A stretch of 64,000 nucleotides of DNA. Source: a virus. Its lineage: Duplodnaviria > Caudoviricetes. A model generated the notes under the pieces. That model was given only the letters and a program-made list of their open reading frames with translations, made no database searches and had not been told where the DNA came from. The stretch spans positions 1 to 64,000 of IMG/VR virus record IMGVR_UViG_3300002026_001699, one strand, 5' to 3'. This document shows positions 19,549 through 28,899 of this stretch, piece after piece. Every line of letters begins with the position of its first letter. The first letter of the stretch is position 1. Both the position numbers and the translations under genes were made by a program.

Positions 19549-20374
19549 TTATTAAATCCCTTGTTATCTCTAATGCGGCAGCAAAAGGATATTTACAACT
19601 CCACTTATCTAAATTTAATTCTTTAACATCTTCTTTTATTATAGAAGATTCACACTCTTTTATATCATATACTAAATTCAACTCCATAGAATTTGCCATA
19701 TAATCTATAGCATCTTCTAAAGATCTTGCATTATCATCCATAATTTGAATTGATTTATTTTTATATTTTTCTATATCAGATAAAATCATATCAACACCAT
19801 CTAGAAAATCATCTATAAAAGTATATTTTCTTTTATCTCCAAGATTAGCATAAATTACTGCCATATCAGATCTTCCAACTGAAGTCATTAATAATTGACT
19901 AATTGATCCATGAAAATCTTCAGGTCCAAATAATTCATCTGTTATTATTTCAATAACATCAATCCCCATATTTTTAAACATTAAAGAAATTGCATCTTGT
20001 GTATAATTAAACATATTATTAGGATGATTATTATATTTAATAAAAACAATTGGAATGTCTAATTTTTTAGCATGTTGAGCTATGTAATAACTCCCCTCAA
20101 TATTATTTCTAACCATCCAATGTGATTTATCATCTTCAGGAACTATCAAGGTAGCGGTGTGAATTATACATTCAACGCCTGATCTTTCTAATAGATTTTC
20201 AAGAGTAGGATCAAAAATATCTATTTCGGAGTGATGATCAAAAGAAAACTTTTTCTGTCTCCAATAATCATACATATCATTAAGATGAGAATTCTCAACA
20301 ATATGTTTGTGTGATAAATGCCTAACAAAGGCTCTAGAAACGAAACCATTCTCGCCTGTCATCCAAATTTTCAT
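19532..20374 (-). CDS. NAD-dependent epimerase/dehydratase-like (extended SDR), divergent
   Basis: KIWMTGENGFVS Rossmann motif, IIHTA, NNIEGS, LFGP and RKYTFIDDF; no clear YxxxK. Confidence 0.75.
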   Translation of the reverse strand: MKIWMTGENGFVSRAFVRHLSHKHIVENSHLNDMYDYWRQKKFSFDHHSEIDIFDPTLENLLERSGVECIIHTATLIVPEDDKSHWMVRNNIEGSYYIAQHAKKLDIPIVFIKYNNHPNNMFNYTQDAISLMFKNMGIDVIEIITDELFGPEDFHGSISQLLMTSVGRSDMAVIYANLGDKRKYTFIDDFLDGVDMILSDIEKYKNKSIQIMDDNARSLEDAIDYMANSMELNLVYDIKECESSIIKEDVKELNLDKWSCKYPFAAALEITRDLINDRTR

Positions 20375-20979
20375 TGTTCCTCCAAAAGTATTTTTTTATA
20401 TTTTTCTATAAAAGGTCTTCTAAGTTCATAATAAAATTCTTTTCCAGTTTGCGGGCTCATGATTATCAATTTCATTAGGTGTAATGTAAATTCTTCTAAT
20501 GTAAGATATGCCTTTATTCCATTATATCTAAAACCAGTAGCTTGTTCTATTTGTTCATCTTGTCTTTTATTCTTTAAACACGTTTTTCTATAATTAGATA
20601 CTGTTCTCTGTAATACAATCCTTGCCTTGCCAGGATCTGAAATATCTCCACCTGGAAAGAAGCAATAAAAATGTCCATTATATCCTTCAATTGCCTTATG
20701 CTTTAGAAAAGTTCCTCTAACAACATTAAATTTTAAAGGAACCCATTCTGTCTCAATAATAACATCACCTGAAGAAACTCTTGATTTAATATTTCTTATT
20801 TTAATTCTATCTAACTCTTGTTGAGATGGAGGAAAAACATCATCTAGTTGTGAAAAGTTAGCTATATAATTCTCCAAGATATTATGCTTTATTTCAAAAT
20901 TAAACATATCTTGTAAATAAGACAAAACAACCTTTTCAGCCTCTAAACCATACTCTTGATAGTTCTCCATGCACATCAC
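20371..20979 (-). CDS. hypothetical protein
   Basis: 202-aa ORF with RBS and GCATA motif upstream. Confidence 0.65.
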   Translation of the reverse strand: MMCMENYQEYGLEAEKVVLSYLQDMFNFEIKHNILENYIANFSQLDDVFPPSQQELDRIKIRNIKSRVSSGDVIIETEWVPLKFNVVRGTFLKHKAIEGYNGHFYCFFPGGDISDPGKARIVLQRTVSNYRKTCLKNKRQDEQIEQATGFRYNGIKAYLTLEEFTLHLMKLIIMSPQTGKEFYYELRRPFIEKYKKILLEEQ

Positions 20980-21021
20980 CTCTTATTAAACTATGCTTAA
21001 ATAGAGACAAATTTGTACAAT

Positions 21022-21318
21022 TTAAAAAGAAAATTGAATATCTATTCTGTCTGATAAAGCAGACATATTATGTGTTATTTGAATATTGAATGCTGTTGAA
21101 AAATTTTCCATTTTTAACACACTGTTTACTATTATAGTTACGTCATATTTTTCTTCAAGATACTTTAAACAATATATTAGTTTATGTTTTAAATCTTCAT
21201 TTATTAATTCAAATTGATTTTTTTCTATAAAATCAGTGACTACTTGTTTTACTTCTTTTTCAACACTATTTCCTAAAAGTAAATCTTTTGCTATTTCAGC
21301 TGTTGTTCGCATTTCCAT
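21022..21318 (-). CDS. hypothetical protein (AKxLLLG leader family)
   Basis: IAKDLLLGNS. Confidence 0.55.
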   Translation of the reverse strand: MEMRTTAEIAKDLLLGNSVEKEVKQVVTDFIEKNQFELINEDLKHKLIYCLKYLEEKYDVTIIVNSVLKMENFSTAFNIQITHNMSALSDRIDIQFSF

Positions 21319-22177
21319 AAAGCCACCTTAAAATTCTATATCCTGAATCATAGCCTATTGATAGAGGGTGCTCAATATTTGTAATAATATTAATTAAACA
21401 TTTTTCAGGCTCACCTTTTTCATTAATTAAATTTGTTGCCAAGTCTGGTGTGCTTGCTGGAGTAAATTCTTCTTTCATCATTTTTTCTATCTGCTCAAAA
21501 TTCTTTTCATAAATATGGAGGGAGTGAGCAATATGTGTATATGTTCCTATCTCTAACTCTGGATAAACTACTTTAAGGTGATTATACATTTGTTGTTGAA
21601 GCATAGTAAAAAATGGATAGTCAAATGTCAATCCAAAAAAGATATCATTACTTCTCATATCAACTGTAAAGTTTAATTTATTATTTCGTATTTGAAAATT
21701 ACCTATTAATGTGCAAACAAAATCTTTTACACCATTATATTGATGAGCGGGCCGGTTAAAATGCATAATGGCTTGTCTGGAATCTTTATCTTTAACAAGA
21801 GAATCATATGCCCATTGATATTGACTAAATCCATTTTCTGCATCCTTTAAATTAAATAAAAGATTTCCATAAGCAGAATTACATGTTCCATCTTCATTTG
21901 AAATATTTTTCCAAAATGAAGAAAAATTTGATATGAAACTTAGATCATTTCTCCCTGAAAAATACCATAGCAATTCACCAGCCAAATATTTCAATGGAAC
22001 ATCTCTTGCTTTATTAAGAAAGAGATTAGATGTTGGATCTTCATTGATTAAAATAGCATCACTTATTTCTTTAATCTTTTGTCCTCTTGGGGCAGACTCA
22101 TACTCAGGATTTGTCATCAATTCATTGCAAATATTTTTATATAGTTCAGCAAAATTCTTTCCCTTAATAACTCTCAT
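21296..22177 (-). CDS. thymidylate synthase homologue, dCMP hydroxymethylase type
   Basis: DSRQA, catalytic VCT, MRSNDIFFGLTFDY (Asp at the TS Asn177 position, as in T4 gp42 MRSNDVVFGFRNDY), SLHIYE. Confidence 0.85.
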   Translation of the reverse strand: MRVIKGKNFAELYKNICNELMTNPEYESAPRGQKIKEISDAILINEDPTSNLFLNKARDVPLKYLAGELLWYFSGRNDLSFISNFSSFWKNISNEDGTCNSAYGNLLFNLKDAENGFSQYQWAYDSLVKDKDSRQAIMHFNRPAHQYNGVKDFVCTLIGNFQIRNNKLNFTVDMRSNDIFFGLTFDYPFFTMLQQQMYNHLKVVYPELEIGTYTHIAHSLHIYEKNFEQIEKMMKEEFTPASTPDLATNLINEKGEPEKCLINIITNIEHPLSIGYDSGYRILRWLYGNANNS

Positions 22178-22981
22178 TTACATCTCCTTTAAATTATCAA
22201 TCAATGTATTAAAATAATCAACATTCTGTCCAGTAGATCCAAAAATTTCTATATCTATTTTTTTATCATCATAAATTGGTTTTATAAAATATTCATATAG
22301 TGTAATTATATCAGCAAATAATTCATATTGAATATCAGATGATCTAAAAACAAAAACAACCTTGTCATTTAAATAATGTATCATACTTAGACAAGATACA
22401 TCTAATTTTCCTTTTTCAGATTCTTCGTATTCACCTATTGAATTGGCTATTCTTACAACAGCTTTTCTTGAAGATCTATTATTAGAAAATATATTTCTAA
22501 CAGACTGTAATACTTGTTGATAAGTTAAAGAATTTCTTTGTTCAACTGAATGAGTATATATGCTTCCATCTAAAGATGGTAATAAGTCAAAAAACCTTAA
22601 AGATCCTCTCTCTTCAAGAAAAGGTTTAAAGTCATCTTTTGTAATATCTTTATTTTTAAATTTTTCTAATTTTAATAATATATAAGGATCTTTTATTTTA
22701 TTAATATCATATATAAAATCTTTAATTGTAAAAAGATAGGAATCATTTTCAAATAATGGTTTTTTATTTATAGTTATTTTCATTCTTTCAATCCTTATTT
22801 TTACAATTTCTTGGACATCTTCTCTTTGTGCTTTTATAACTTTAGCAATACAATCACCACAAAGATCCCCAATTAATTTAATAGTCAAAACATTCTTTTC
22901 AAAAGATACAAACTCACATATACCCCTTGATTCAAACATTTCTTTTAAATCTTGATTTATATAGTCTTTAAGATTTTTCAT
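22178..22981 (-). CDS. second, divergent thymidylate-synthase-like protein with an N-terminal CxxC (NifU-like) segment
   Basis: SSRKAV, VSCLS, FRSSDIQYELFAD; N-terminal LTIKLIGDLCGDC. Confidence 0.65.
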   Translation of the reverse strand: MKNLKDYINQDLKEMFESRGICEFVSFEKNVLTIKLIGDLCGDCIAKVIKAQREDVQEIVKIRIERMKITINKKPLFENDSYLFTIKDFIYDINKIKDPYILLKLEKFKNKDITKDDFKPFLEERGSLRFFDLLPSLDGSIYTHSVEQRNSLTYQQVLQSVRNIFSNNRSSRKAVVRIANSIGEYEESEKGKLDVSCLSMIHYLNDKVVFVFRSSDIQYELFADIITLYEYFIKPIYDDKKIDIEIFGSTGQNVDYFNTLIDNLKEM

Positions 22982-23591
22982 TCATTTTATTTATGACATC
23001 ATTTATCATATTCATTAAATAATCTTGATCTTTTAAAATATCAATCTTAACAAGCTTTGATTTATTAACTAAAACACCATCTGTTATAATTGACATTAAA
23101 TTATATTCATTCTCCTGAGTAAATTCAATATTTTCTTGAGTATAAATATCTTTTCTTGTTATTTCTTTGATTGGTTTAAAAAACAAAATTGTATCATATA
23201 AATTATTTACATGATCAAGCACTGTGTCAAACAGTTTTGATAAAAATTTATGATATCTTATTATGTCATCTGTTCCAAGACTTGATTTATCCATATAAAA
23301 AGTATAATAAAAATAACTATCAACAAGAGATCTATCTATTAAAATCAATTTATTATTAAATCTTTCGTTGATACTTTTTTCTGCATTTATTTTTTCACCA
23401 ATAATATCTAACTCTAAGTCAAGATATTTTGATGCACATTTTCTAATTTCATCAATATTACCAATATTAAGATCTCTTATTACTTCATCTAACAAAACAA
23501 CATCATTTGGATATAAATCCTTTATTGTTTTCATAAAAGTTGTTTTACCTGAATGAGAAGCACCTGAACATGCTATAATTAAATTATTCAT
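22968..23591 (-). CDS. P-loop nucleoside monophosphate kinase-like (AAA_28/dNMP kinase)
   Basis: SGASHSGKTT Walker A and ILIDRSLVDSY. Confidence 0.8.
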   Translation of the reverse strand: MNNLIIACSGASHSGKTTFMKTIKDLYPNDVVLLDEVIRDLNIGNIDEIRKCASKYLDLELDIIGEKINAEKSINERFNNKLILIDRSLVDSYFYYTFYMDKSSLGTDDIIRYHKFLSKLFDTVLDHVNNLYDTILFFKPIKEITRKDIYTQENIEFTQENEYNLMSIITDGVLVNKSKLVKIDILKDQDYLMNMINDVINKMNEKS

Positions 23592-23608
23592 ATTATCCCT
23601 TTTGAAAT

Positions 23609-23635
23609 ATGCCCCAGATTGTTAGTCTGGGGCAT
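23609..23635. terminator. GC-rich intergenic hairpin (terminator or processing site)
   Basis: atgccccaga-ttgttag-tctggggcat; weak T-tail. Confidence 0.45.
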
Positions 23636-23639
23636 TAAT

Positions 23640-23810
23640 TTAAACTTCTATATTGTCATCATCAAAATCATCATCAGGACCATATCCATCTTCATCATCT
23701 TCATCATTAGCATAATCATCGTCATCATCATACTCTGTCCCTATATCATCATCTTCAAAATTATCTTCTACATCATCTTCAAAGTCATCATCTTCGAACT
23801 CATCATCCAT
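23640..23810 (-). CDS. hyperacidic 56-aa peptide (not in ORF track)
   Basis: GGAGGAG RBS; MDDEFEDDDFEDDVEDNFEDDDIGTEYDDDDDYANDEDDEDGYGPDDDFDDDNIEV; 35 D/E, no K/R. Confidence 0.8.
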   Translation of the reverse strand: MDDEFEDDDFEDDVEDNFEDDDIGTEYDDDDDYANDEDDEDGYGPDDDFDDDNIEV

Positions 23811-23823
23811 AAACTCCTCCTAT

Positions 23824-25557
23824 TTATTCCTCATATGTCCCTATCAAAAGATAAGGCTTCTTGAGACCTAACTCATTAGCTCTATCAAGCTGATACTTAA
23901 AGTCATCAATTGCATGTGCTGCTGAAAAGACAATTGGCTTTCCATGAACATTGTAAGATGTATTAATCAAGGCTTTTGTAGTTCCTTCAACTTTCTTGAG
24001 AATCAAAGAAACAGTTGAATTATCATCTTCAACAACCTGAGGACGCCCTGAATAAAGATCTTCATTTGGATATTTATGCATGATTCCTGAATAAAGTTCA
24101 CAATATTGAATTGTATAATCATATGTAAGAATCATAAACCCATCTGATCCAATTGTCTTTTCATACTGTTCTTTATCAAAGAAATAATCAAGATTTTTTC
24201 TTAACATAATTGGAGCCATTGGCATTACAGTATTTCTCTTATTATAAGTATTAATCAACTCTACATTTTCCTTAAATGGAATTGCATAAGTAGTTGTATG
24301 GCACAGAGCTCTAGGCCCAAACTCCATACTTCCTAATACAACTTGCGGAATTTGATTATCCTTTATTAAAGAAGCAACTCTGTCTGCCATTTCCTGCTTT
24401 GTATTATAAATTTCAACATTTTCAGGGAGAGTCTTAATATCTATATTACTAACCTCTGTCTTTAGATCTCTATGACCCCAGAAAAGATTTGAGAAATCGA
24501 AATCACCAATGTTATTTATATAATGACCAATTGCCGCTCCTTGATCTCCGGCTAGAGGCATAACACAAAATGAATTGCACTCTTTTGCAAGTCTATTGTT
24601 TAATTTAACATTATAGAAAATACCACCATTTACAATAAGCGCTCCATTAGAATGTTTCCTTACAAAATGTGTTGCCACACCCTCAAGAACAGTTTGGATA
24701 AAATTACCAATAACAGTTCTAAGATTAAACTTATCATCATCTCTTGTAAATACAAGGGAGTTTACAAGCTTATCAAGTCTTGCATAGTGATCCTTCTTTA
24801 CTTTATTAAGAGCATCAATATCAATATAATAAGGATCAGATACTCTTTTTGAAATTGATGATTCAAGCCCATAAATCATTTCATCAATAAAACTATTTGC
24901 GGCAGTCTGAAGAATTTCAAAATTCTTATCATTAAGAACTTCATGAATATGAGATTCATAACCAAGGAATTTATATTCATCCTGGTTTTCTTTCATACCA
25001 CTATAAGATGTTGCATACTGATAAAACATTCCAAGAGAGTTTTCATAACCATATGATCTATGGAATAATTCAATATTTCTAAGACCAATGTTATTATAAG
25101 TAAGTCTATAAAGAGACATTACTTCTTGCTTATTTCCAAAACCATCTGCTACCATAATCATGGCATCATAATTTTCTCCACCGTGGAATTCATAGAAACC
25201 AGTGGCTGCATAAGCATGTGCATCATGGTGAGTAAAGTCTTCACCAAGAGATACTACTTTAAAACCATAATCATTTATAAGAGAATTGATATAATCCTGA
25301 TTCCAATACTTGGAATGAATTTTCTCATTCTTGTTTGTTTGAAACTCAAAATCATCAAACCAATGAGAAACAAAAACCACATTCTCTTCATCTTTTGAAG
25401 GTTTTGCAAAATTAATGCATTTAATAGCACTTTCTAATGGAAAGATTGAAGATGATTTTAGCCTCTCATGTCTTTCTTCCTCATATCCAGCAATTACTTT
25501 TCCATCTCTTACAGCAATAGCAGAAGAGTTATGTCCAAGTGTCAATAATAGTTCCAT
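23824..25557 (-). CDS. carbamoyltransferase (NodU/CmcH/TobZ family)
   Basis: GHNSSA, EEERHERLK, HHDAHA, VADGFG, EYKFLG, GGIFYNVKLN, GDQGAAIG, EFGPRAL, INTSYNVHGKPIV. Confidence 0.93.
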   Translation of the reverse strand: MELLLTLGHNSSAIAVRDGKVIAGYEEERHERLKSSSIFPLESAIKCINFAKPSKDEENVVFVSHWFDDFEFQTNKNEKIHSKYWNQDYINSLINDYGFKVVSLGEDFTHHDAHAYAATGFYEFHGGENYDAMIMVADGFGNKQEVMSLYRLTYNNIGLRNIELFHRSYGYENSLGMFYQYATSYSGMKENQDEYKFLGYESHIHEVLNDKNFEILQTAANSFIDEMIYGLESSISKRVSDPYYIDIDALNKVKKDHYARLDKLVNSLVFTRDDDKFNLRTVIGNFIQTVLEGVATHFVRKHSNGALIVNGGIFYNVKLNNRLAKECNSFCVMPLAGDQGAAIGHYINNIGDFDFSNLFWGHRDLKTEVSNIDIKTLPENVEIYNTKQEMADRVASLIKDNQIPQVVLGSMEFGPRALCHTTTYAIPFKENVELINTYNKRNTVMPMAPIMLRKNLDYFFDKEQYEKTIGSDGFMILTYDYTIQYCELYSGIMHKYPNEDLYSGRPQVVEDDNSTVSLILKKVEGTTKALINTSYNVHGKPIVFSAAHAIDDFKYQLDRANELGLKKPYLLIGTYEE

Positions 25558-25590
25558 TCTTTACTCCTTATCTATATTATAATAATTATG

Positions 25591-26013
25591 CTAATTACTT
25601 AGAGCTATTTTAGCGTTATCAACTATAATTTCTTTTTCTATGTCTATTTTTTTTAAATTACTACAAAGCATACACTCTAATGGTATATATGTATTTGCAA
25701 CTTTAATAAAATCTTTATATGAGTTGTCAATGATATTGATTTTTTGAAATGATTTTAAATTTAAACAACTGTATTGACTCTCATAAATAAATTGTTTCAT
25801 AATTTGAAAATCTTTAAGAGTGTTATCTAAACAATCAATAATTGAATTTAATGATCCTGCTAATCTTACTAAATCAAAGTTTAATTGTTTAGTTTTATCA
25901 AATTCAGTAATAAAATTATATTGAGTATAATCTATATAAACAGGACATGTTATTTTATCACAAGAATTAATCAAAGCAAACCTTCTTTTTAAAGAAATCA
26001 CAAGTGTTATCAT
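25591..26013 (-). CDS. hypothetical protein
   Basis: 140-aa ORF; start uncertain. Confidence 0.5.
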   Translation of the reverse strand: MITLVISLKRRFALINSCDKITCPVYIDYTQYNFITEFDKTKQLNFDLVRLAGSLNSIIDCLDNTLKDFQIMKQFIYESQYSCLNLKSFQKINIIDNSYKDFIKVANTYIPLECMLCSNLKKIDIEKEIIVDNAKIALSN

Positions 26014-26194
26014 TTGGAATATTTAATCCAAATTTATGGAAATTACTCCATTCATCTGATCCAATAGTTTGAATTTCTATTTCTTGTTTTGCTCTTTCTA
26101 TAGAATGACACCCTAATCCTGTAAATAAATAATTACCAAAATTAGAACAGTTATCACATATATGTCCAAGCAAAAGAGTTTTAGCATCTGTCAT
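25967..26194 (-). CDS. small Cys-rich protein (AKxLLLGxxCxxC family)
   Basis: AKTLLLGHICDNC; paralogue of the adjacent 26194-26451 gene. Confidence 0.7.
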   Translation of the reverse strand: MTDAKTLLLGHICDNCSNFGNYLFTGLGCHSIERAKQEIEIQTIGSDEWSNFHKFGLNIPNDNTCDFFKKKVCFD

Positions 26195-26451
26195 TATTCA
26201 TCTCCATCATAATATATACATGTATTTTCTTTTGGCAAATCAAGTCCTTTTGATCTAAATAATCTCCATTCGGCTGAATTGATGCTTTTAATTTCAAAAT
26301 CTTTTTTAGCTCTTACTGTGGATTTACAGCTTCTATGATTGTTGATTTTAACATTATAATAAAAACATCTATCACATGTAAATCCAAGTAAAAGATTTTT
26401 GGCTATCTCATTTTCCTGTTGATCCAAATCCACCTTCACCTCTAATAGCAT
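26194..26451 (-). CDS. small Cys-rich protein (AKxLLLGxxCxxC family)
   Basis: AKNLLLGFTCDRC...ENTC. Confidence 0.7.
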   Translation of the reverse strand: MLLEVKVDLDQQENEIAKNLLLGFTCDRCFYYNVKINNHRSCKSTVRAKKDFEIKSINSAEWRLFRSKGLDLPKENTCIYYDGDE

Positions 26452-26917
26452 CAGGCTTCATCCAATCATAAAGATCCTCTTCATCACAAAGTGTAAGATC
26501 ACAAGATAGAATTGGAACCATAACCATCTGAGCAAGTTTCATACCTTCAACAACTGAGAAAGGATCATTTCCAACATTATGAAGATCAACATGAACTTCA
26601 CCTGAATAAAAAGTATCAATAACCTGAGCACCAATGAGCATATCACTTTTTGAAGCAACTCCACTCTTGTTTAAGAAAAGACCCATATATCCATATGGTA
26701 TTTCTACTTTTACACCAGAAGGAATTACAGCATTACATCCAGGAGGAATAGCCATTCCCTTGTCTGTAAAAACAACATGAGCATTTGCTTCCTTGGATGT
26801 AAAATCTTTGATAAATTGTTCATCCATTTTTGGGCACATAAAATCTATACCTGCATCAGTTGCATGACCTCGAGATGGCATTTTAACATTTCTAATAGTT
26901 GCATACTTTAATAACAT
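26408..26917 (-). CDS. dut: trimeric dUTPase
   Basis: DAGIDF, NKSGVA, VIDTFYSGEV, LAQMV, RGEGGFGSTG. Confidence 0.92.
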   Translation of the reverse strand: MLLKYATIRNVKMPSRGHATDAGIDFMCPKMDEQFIKDFTSKEANAHVVFTDKGMAIPPGCNAVIPSGVKVEIPYGYMGLFLNKSGVASKSDMLIGAQVIDTFYSGEVHVDLHNVGNDPFSVVEGMKLAQMVMVPILSCDLTLCDEEDLYDWMKPDAIRGEGGFGSTGK

Positions 26918-26934
26918 TTTTAACTCCTAATTTT

Positions 26935-27213
26935 TTATTCTTCTATGAGATAAAAGAAATCTTTATCACCTATACTTTTAATAGTTATTTTAACAATTTT
27001 ATTTTCAAAATCTTGATCAATATCATAAAAAGAAATATCTTTATTAAACTCATAAGCTTTTAATAATTTATGAGCATTTTCTATAATCTCTTTTCCATGA
27101 TCATTAAACTCAAATTCTTTGAATAAAAACTCAACTTGTTTTTGTATTTCTTTCTTTTTTAATTTATCCATTCTTATTCCTCTGAAGATATTTTTTCTAA
27201 AACTATTCCACAT
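26935..27213 (-). CDS. hypothetical protein
   Basis: 92-aa ORF, probable start MDKLKK. Confidence 0.55.
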   Translation of the reverse strand: MWNSFRKNIFRGIRMDKLKKKEIQKQVEFLFKEFEFNDHGKEIIENAHKLLKAYEFNKDISFYDIDQDFENKIVKITIKSIGDKDFFYLIEE

Positions 27214-28592
27214 GAATTTAATAAAAATTTACTATTAGCACTTGATTTATCATAATCATGAACAAAATAAATTTTGTTTGGTTTTAATGCCGCTAATATT
27301 TTTGAACAATGAATACATGGTTGCATTGATGTATATATATCAATATCTTCAAGCTGAATCCCGTTTTTTGCAGATTCACATATTAAAGATTGTTCTGCAT
27401 GAATTTCATGTTCATTAGACCAATTATGATGTAGTTCTCTCCATTCATCGGTTAAAACCCATTCATTATATGGTATAGATATACCTAATGAAATATGCAA
27501 ATTATGAAAATAATCATCACAATTTATATAACCAGATGGTGTTCCATTTATTCCAGTCGCAATAATTCTTCCATTTTTTACCGCTATAGCAGCAACTTTT
27601 TTACTTTCACAATGTGATTCTTTTGCATAAATATCCACTATTTGAGAAAATAACTTTTTATTTTTTTCTTCATTTTTTTTATAACTAACATATTCATCAA
27701 AGAAACCATAATCAATATCTCTTGAAGAGAAGAAATCAAGTGAATTGTTATTTAAACAATTTTCTATAAAACAAATAATATCATCAGTAGTAGAAAAATC
27801 ATTTTCCCATATAATAATATATTTTATATCAATATTTCTTTTAACCTCATAAAGACAGTTATAAGCTTTTTTTATTTCAAACATATAATCTTTTTTGCTA
27901 AATTGTTTAAACTTAGTAAAATCTTTATGCCAATAAATACCATTATATTCTAATATATATTTTTTATCTATAAAAGCATCATGTAAAAAATTTTTTTTAT
28001 TATATAATTGTTTTAATTCTTCATTGATAACTGGAGAATAAAAATCTTCAACAAGATGATTATTTTTTAATATTTTTTTTATCTCTAATTCAACTAGAGA
28101 TTCATTGTTTCTATTTACTAAAGATGATGCTAAAGCTCCTGGTTTTCTTGTTTCACAAAACTCCATGTTGTATGTAAAATCCTTTCTTTTTTCTTTTATA
28201 GATAATTGTCCTTTTTTAAAAAAATCTTTTAAAAGTCCTTTTGATTCTTCAAGATTCCAACCTCTTTTAATCCAATATTCTATATTATGGTTTTTAAAAG
28301 ATTTAATTTCATTAAATTCATCTATAAACAATAAAAATATATTTATATCCGTAGAAATAGCCTTTTGTTTTAAATCATATATAATATCATAATTAAAATT
28401 ATCATCCTTCAATATAGAATCAAAACAACTTATATCAGAATCTGAAAAAAATAATCTTATTTTTTTAAAATATCTTAATTCATGAAATTCGTTTGCTTTT
28501 TCTATATCTAATCCTTTAGAAAAAAAAGATTCCCAGTTTAACCACTTAGATTTAATATTTTTATCAATTATTAAAAACTCTTCTTTATTCAT
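27174..28592 (-). CDS. dCMP deaminase fused to an N-terminal Vsr/DUF559-like endonuclease region
   Basis: C-terminal SHCESKKVAA, GINGTPSG, HAEQ, PCIHC; upstream HDAFIDKKYILEYNGIYWH. Confidence 0.82.
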   Translation of the reverse strand: MNKEEFLIIDKNIKSKWLNWESFFSKGLDIEKANEFHELRYFKKIRLFFSDSDISCFDSILKDDNFNYDIIYDLKQKAISTDINIFLLFIDEFNEIKSFKNHNIEYWIKRGWNLEESKGLLKDFFKKGQLSIKEKRKDFTYNMEFCETRKPGALASSLVNRNNESLVELEIKKILKNNHLVEDFYSPVINEELKQLYNKKNFLHDAFIDKKYILEYNGIYWHKDFTKFKQFSKKDYMFEIKKAYNCLYEVKRNIDIKYIIIWENDFSTTDDIICFIENCLNNNSLDFFSSRDIDYGFFDEYVSYKKNEEKNKKLFSQIVDIYAKESHCESKKVAAIAVKNGRIIATGINGTPSGYINCDDYFHNLHISLGISIPYNEWVLTDEWRELHHNWSNEHEIHAEQSLICESAKNGIQLEDIDIYTSMQPCIHCSKILAALKPNKIYFVHDYDKSSANSKFLLNSCGIVLEKISSEE

Positions 28593-28629
28593 TCTTTAAC
28601 CTCAATTAAAACATATCTAGCCTTAGTAT

Positions 28630-28899
28630 TTACATCCATATATCTAAAGTATGCTTATAATTCTCACAAACGTGAGATTCAGGATCACTAACCACAACAT
28701 TTTGATTCTCAAAATCAAAGAAACAAATACTTTCTAAAACAAGTTTTAGAGGTATATACTTTTTTAAATCTATTTCATATACCTCATTTGGATTTTTTAA
28801 TTCTTTTTTTAGAAACTTACAATTATTGCAATTGTTCCCAAGTAATAACATTTTGGCTTTTTCATTTGGTTCCATATATATTATCTTTATGATTACCAA
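28630..28899 (-). CDS. small Cys-rich protein (AKxLLLGxxCxxC family)
   Basis: AKMLLLGNNCNNCKF. Confidence 0.65.
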   Translation of the reverse strand: MVIIKIIYMEPNEKAKMLLLGNNCNNCKFLKKELKNPNEVYEIDLKKYIPLKLVLESICFFDFENQNVVVSDPESHVCENYKHTLDIWM

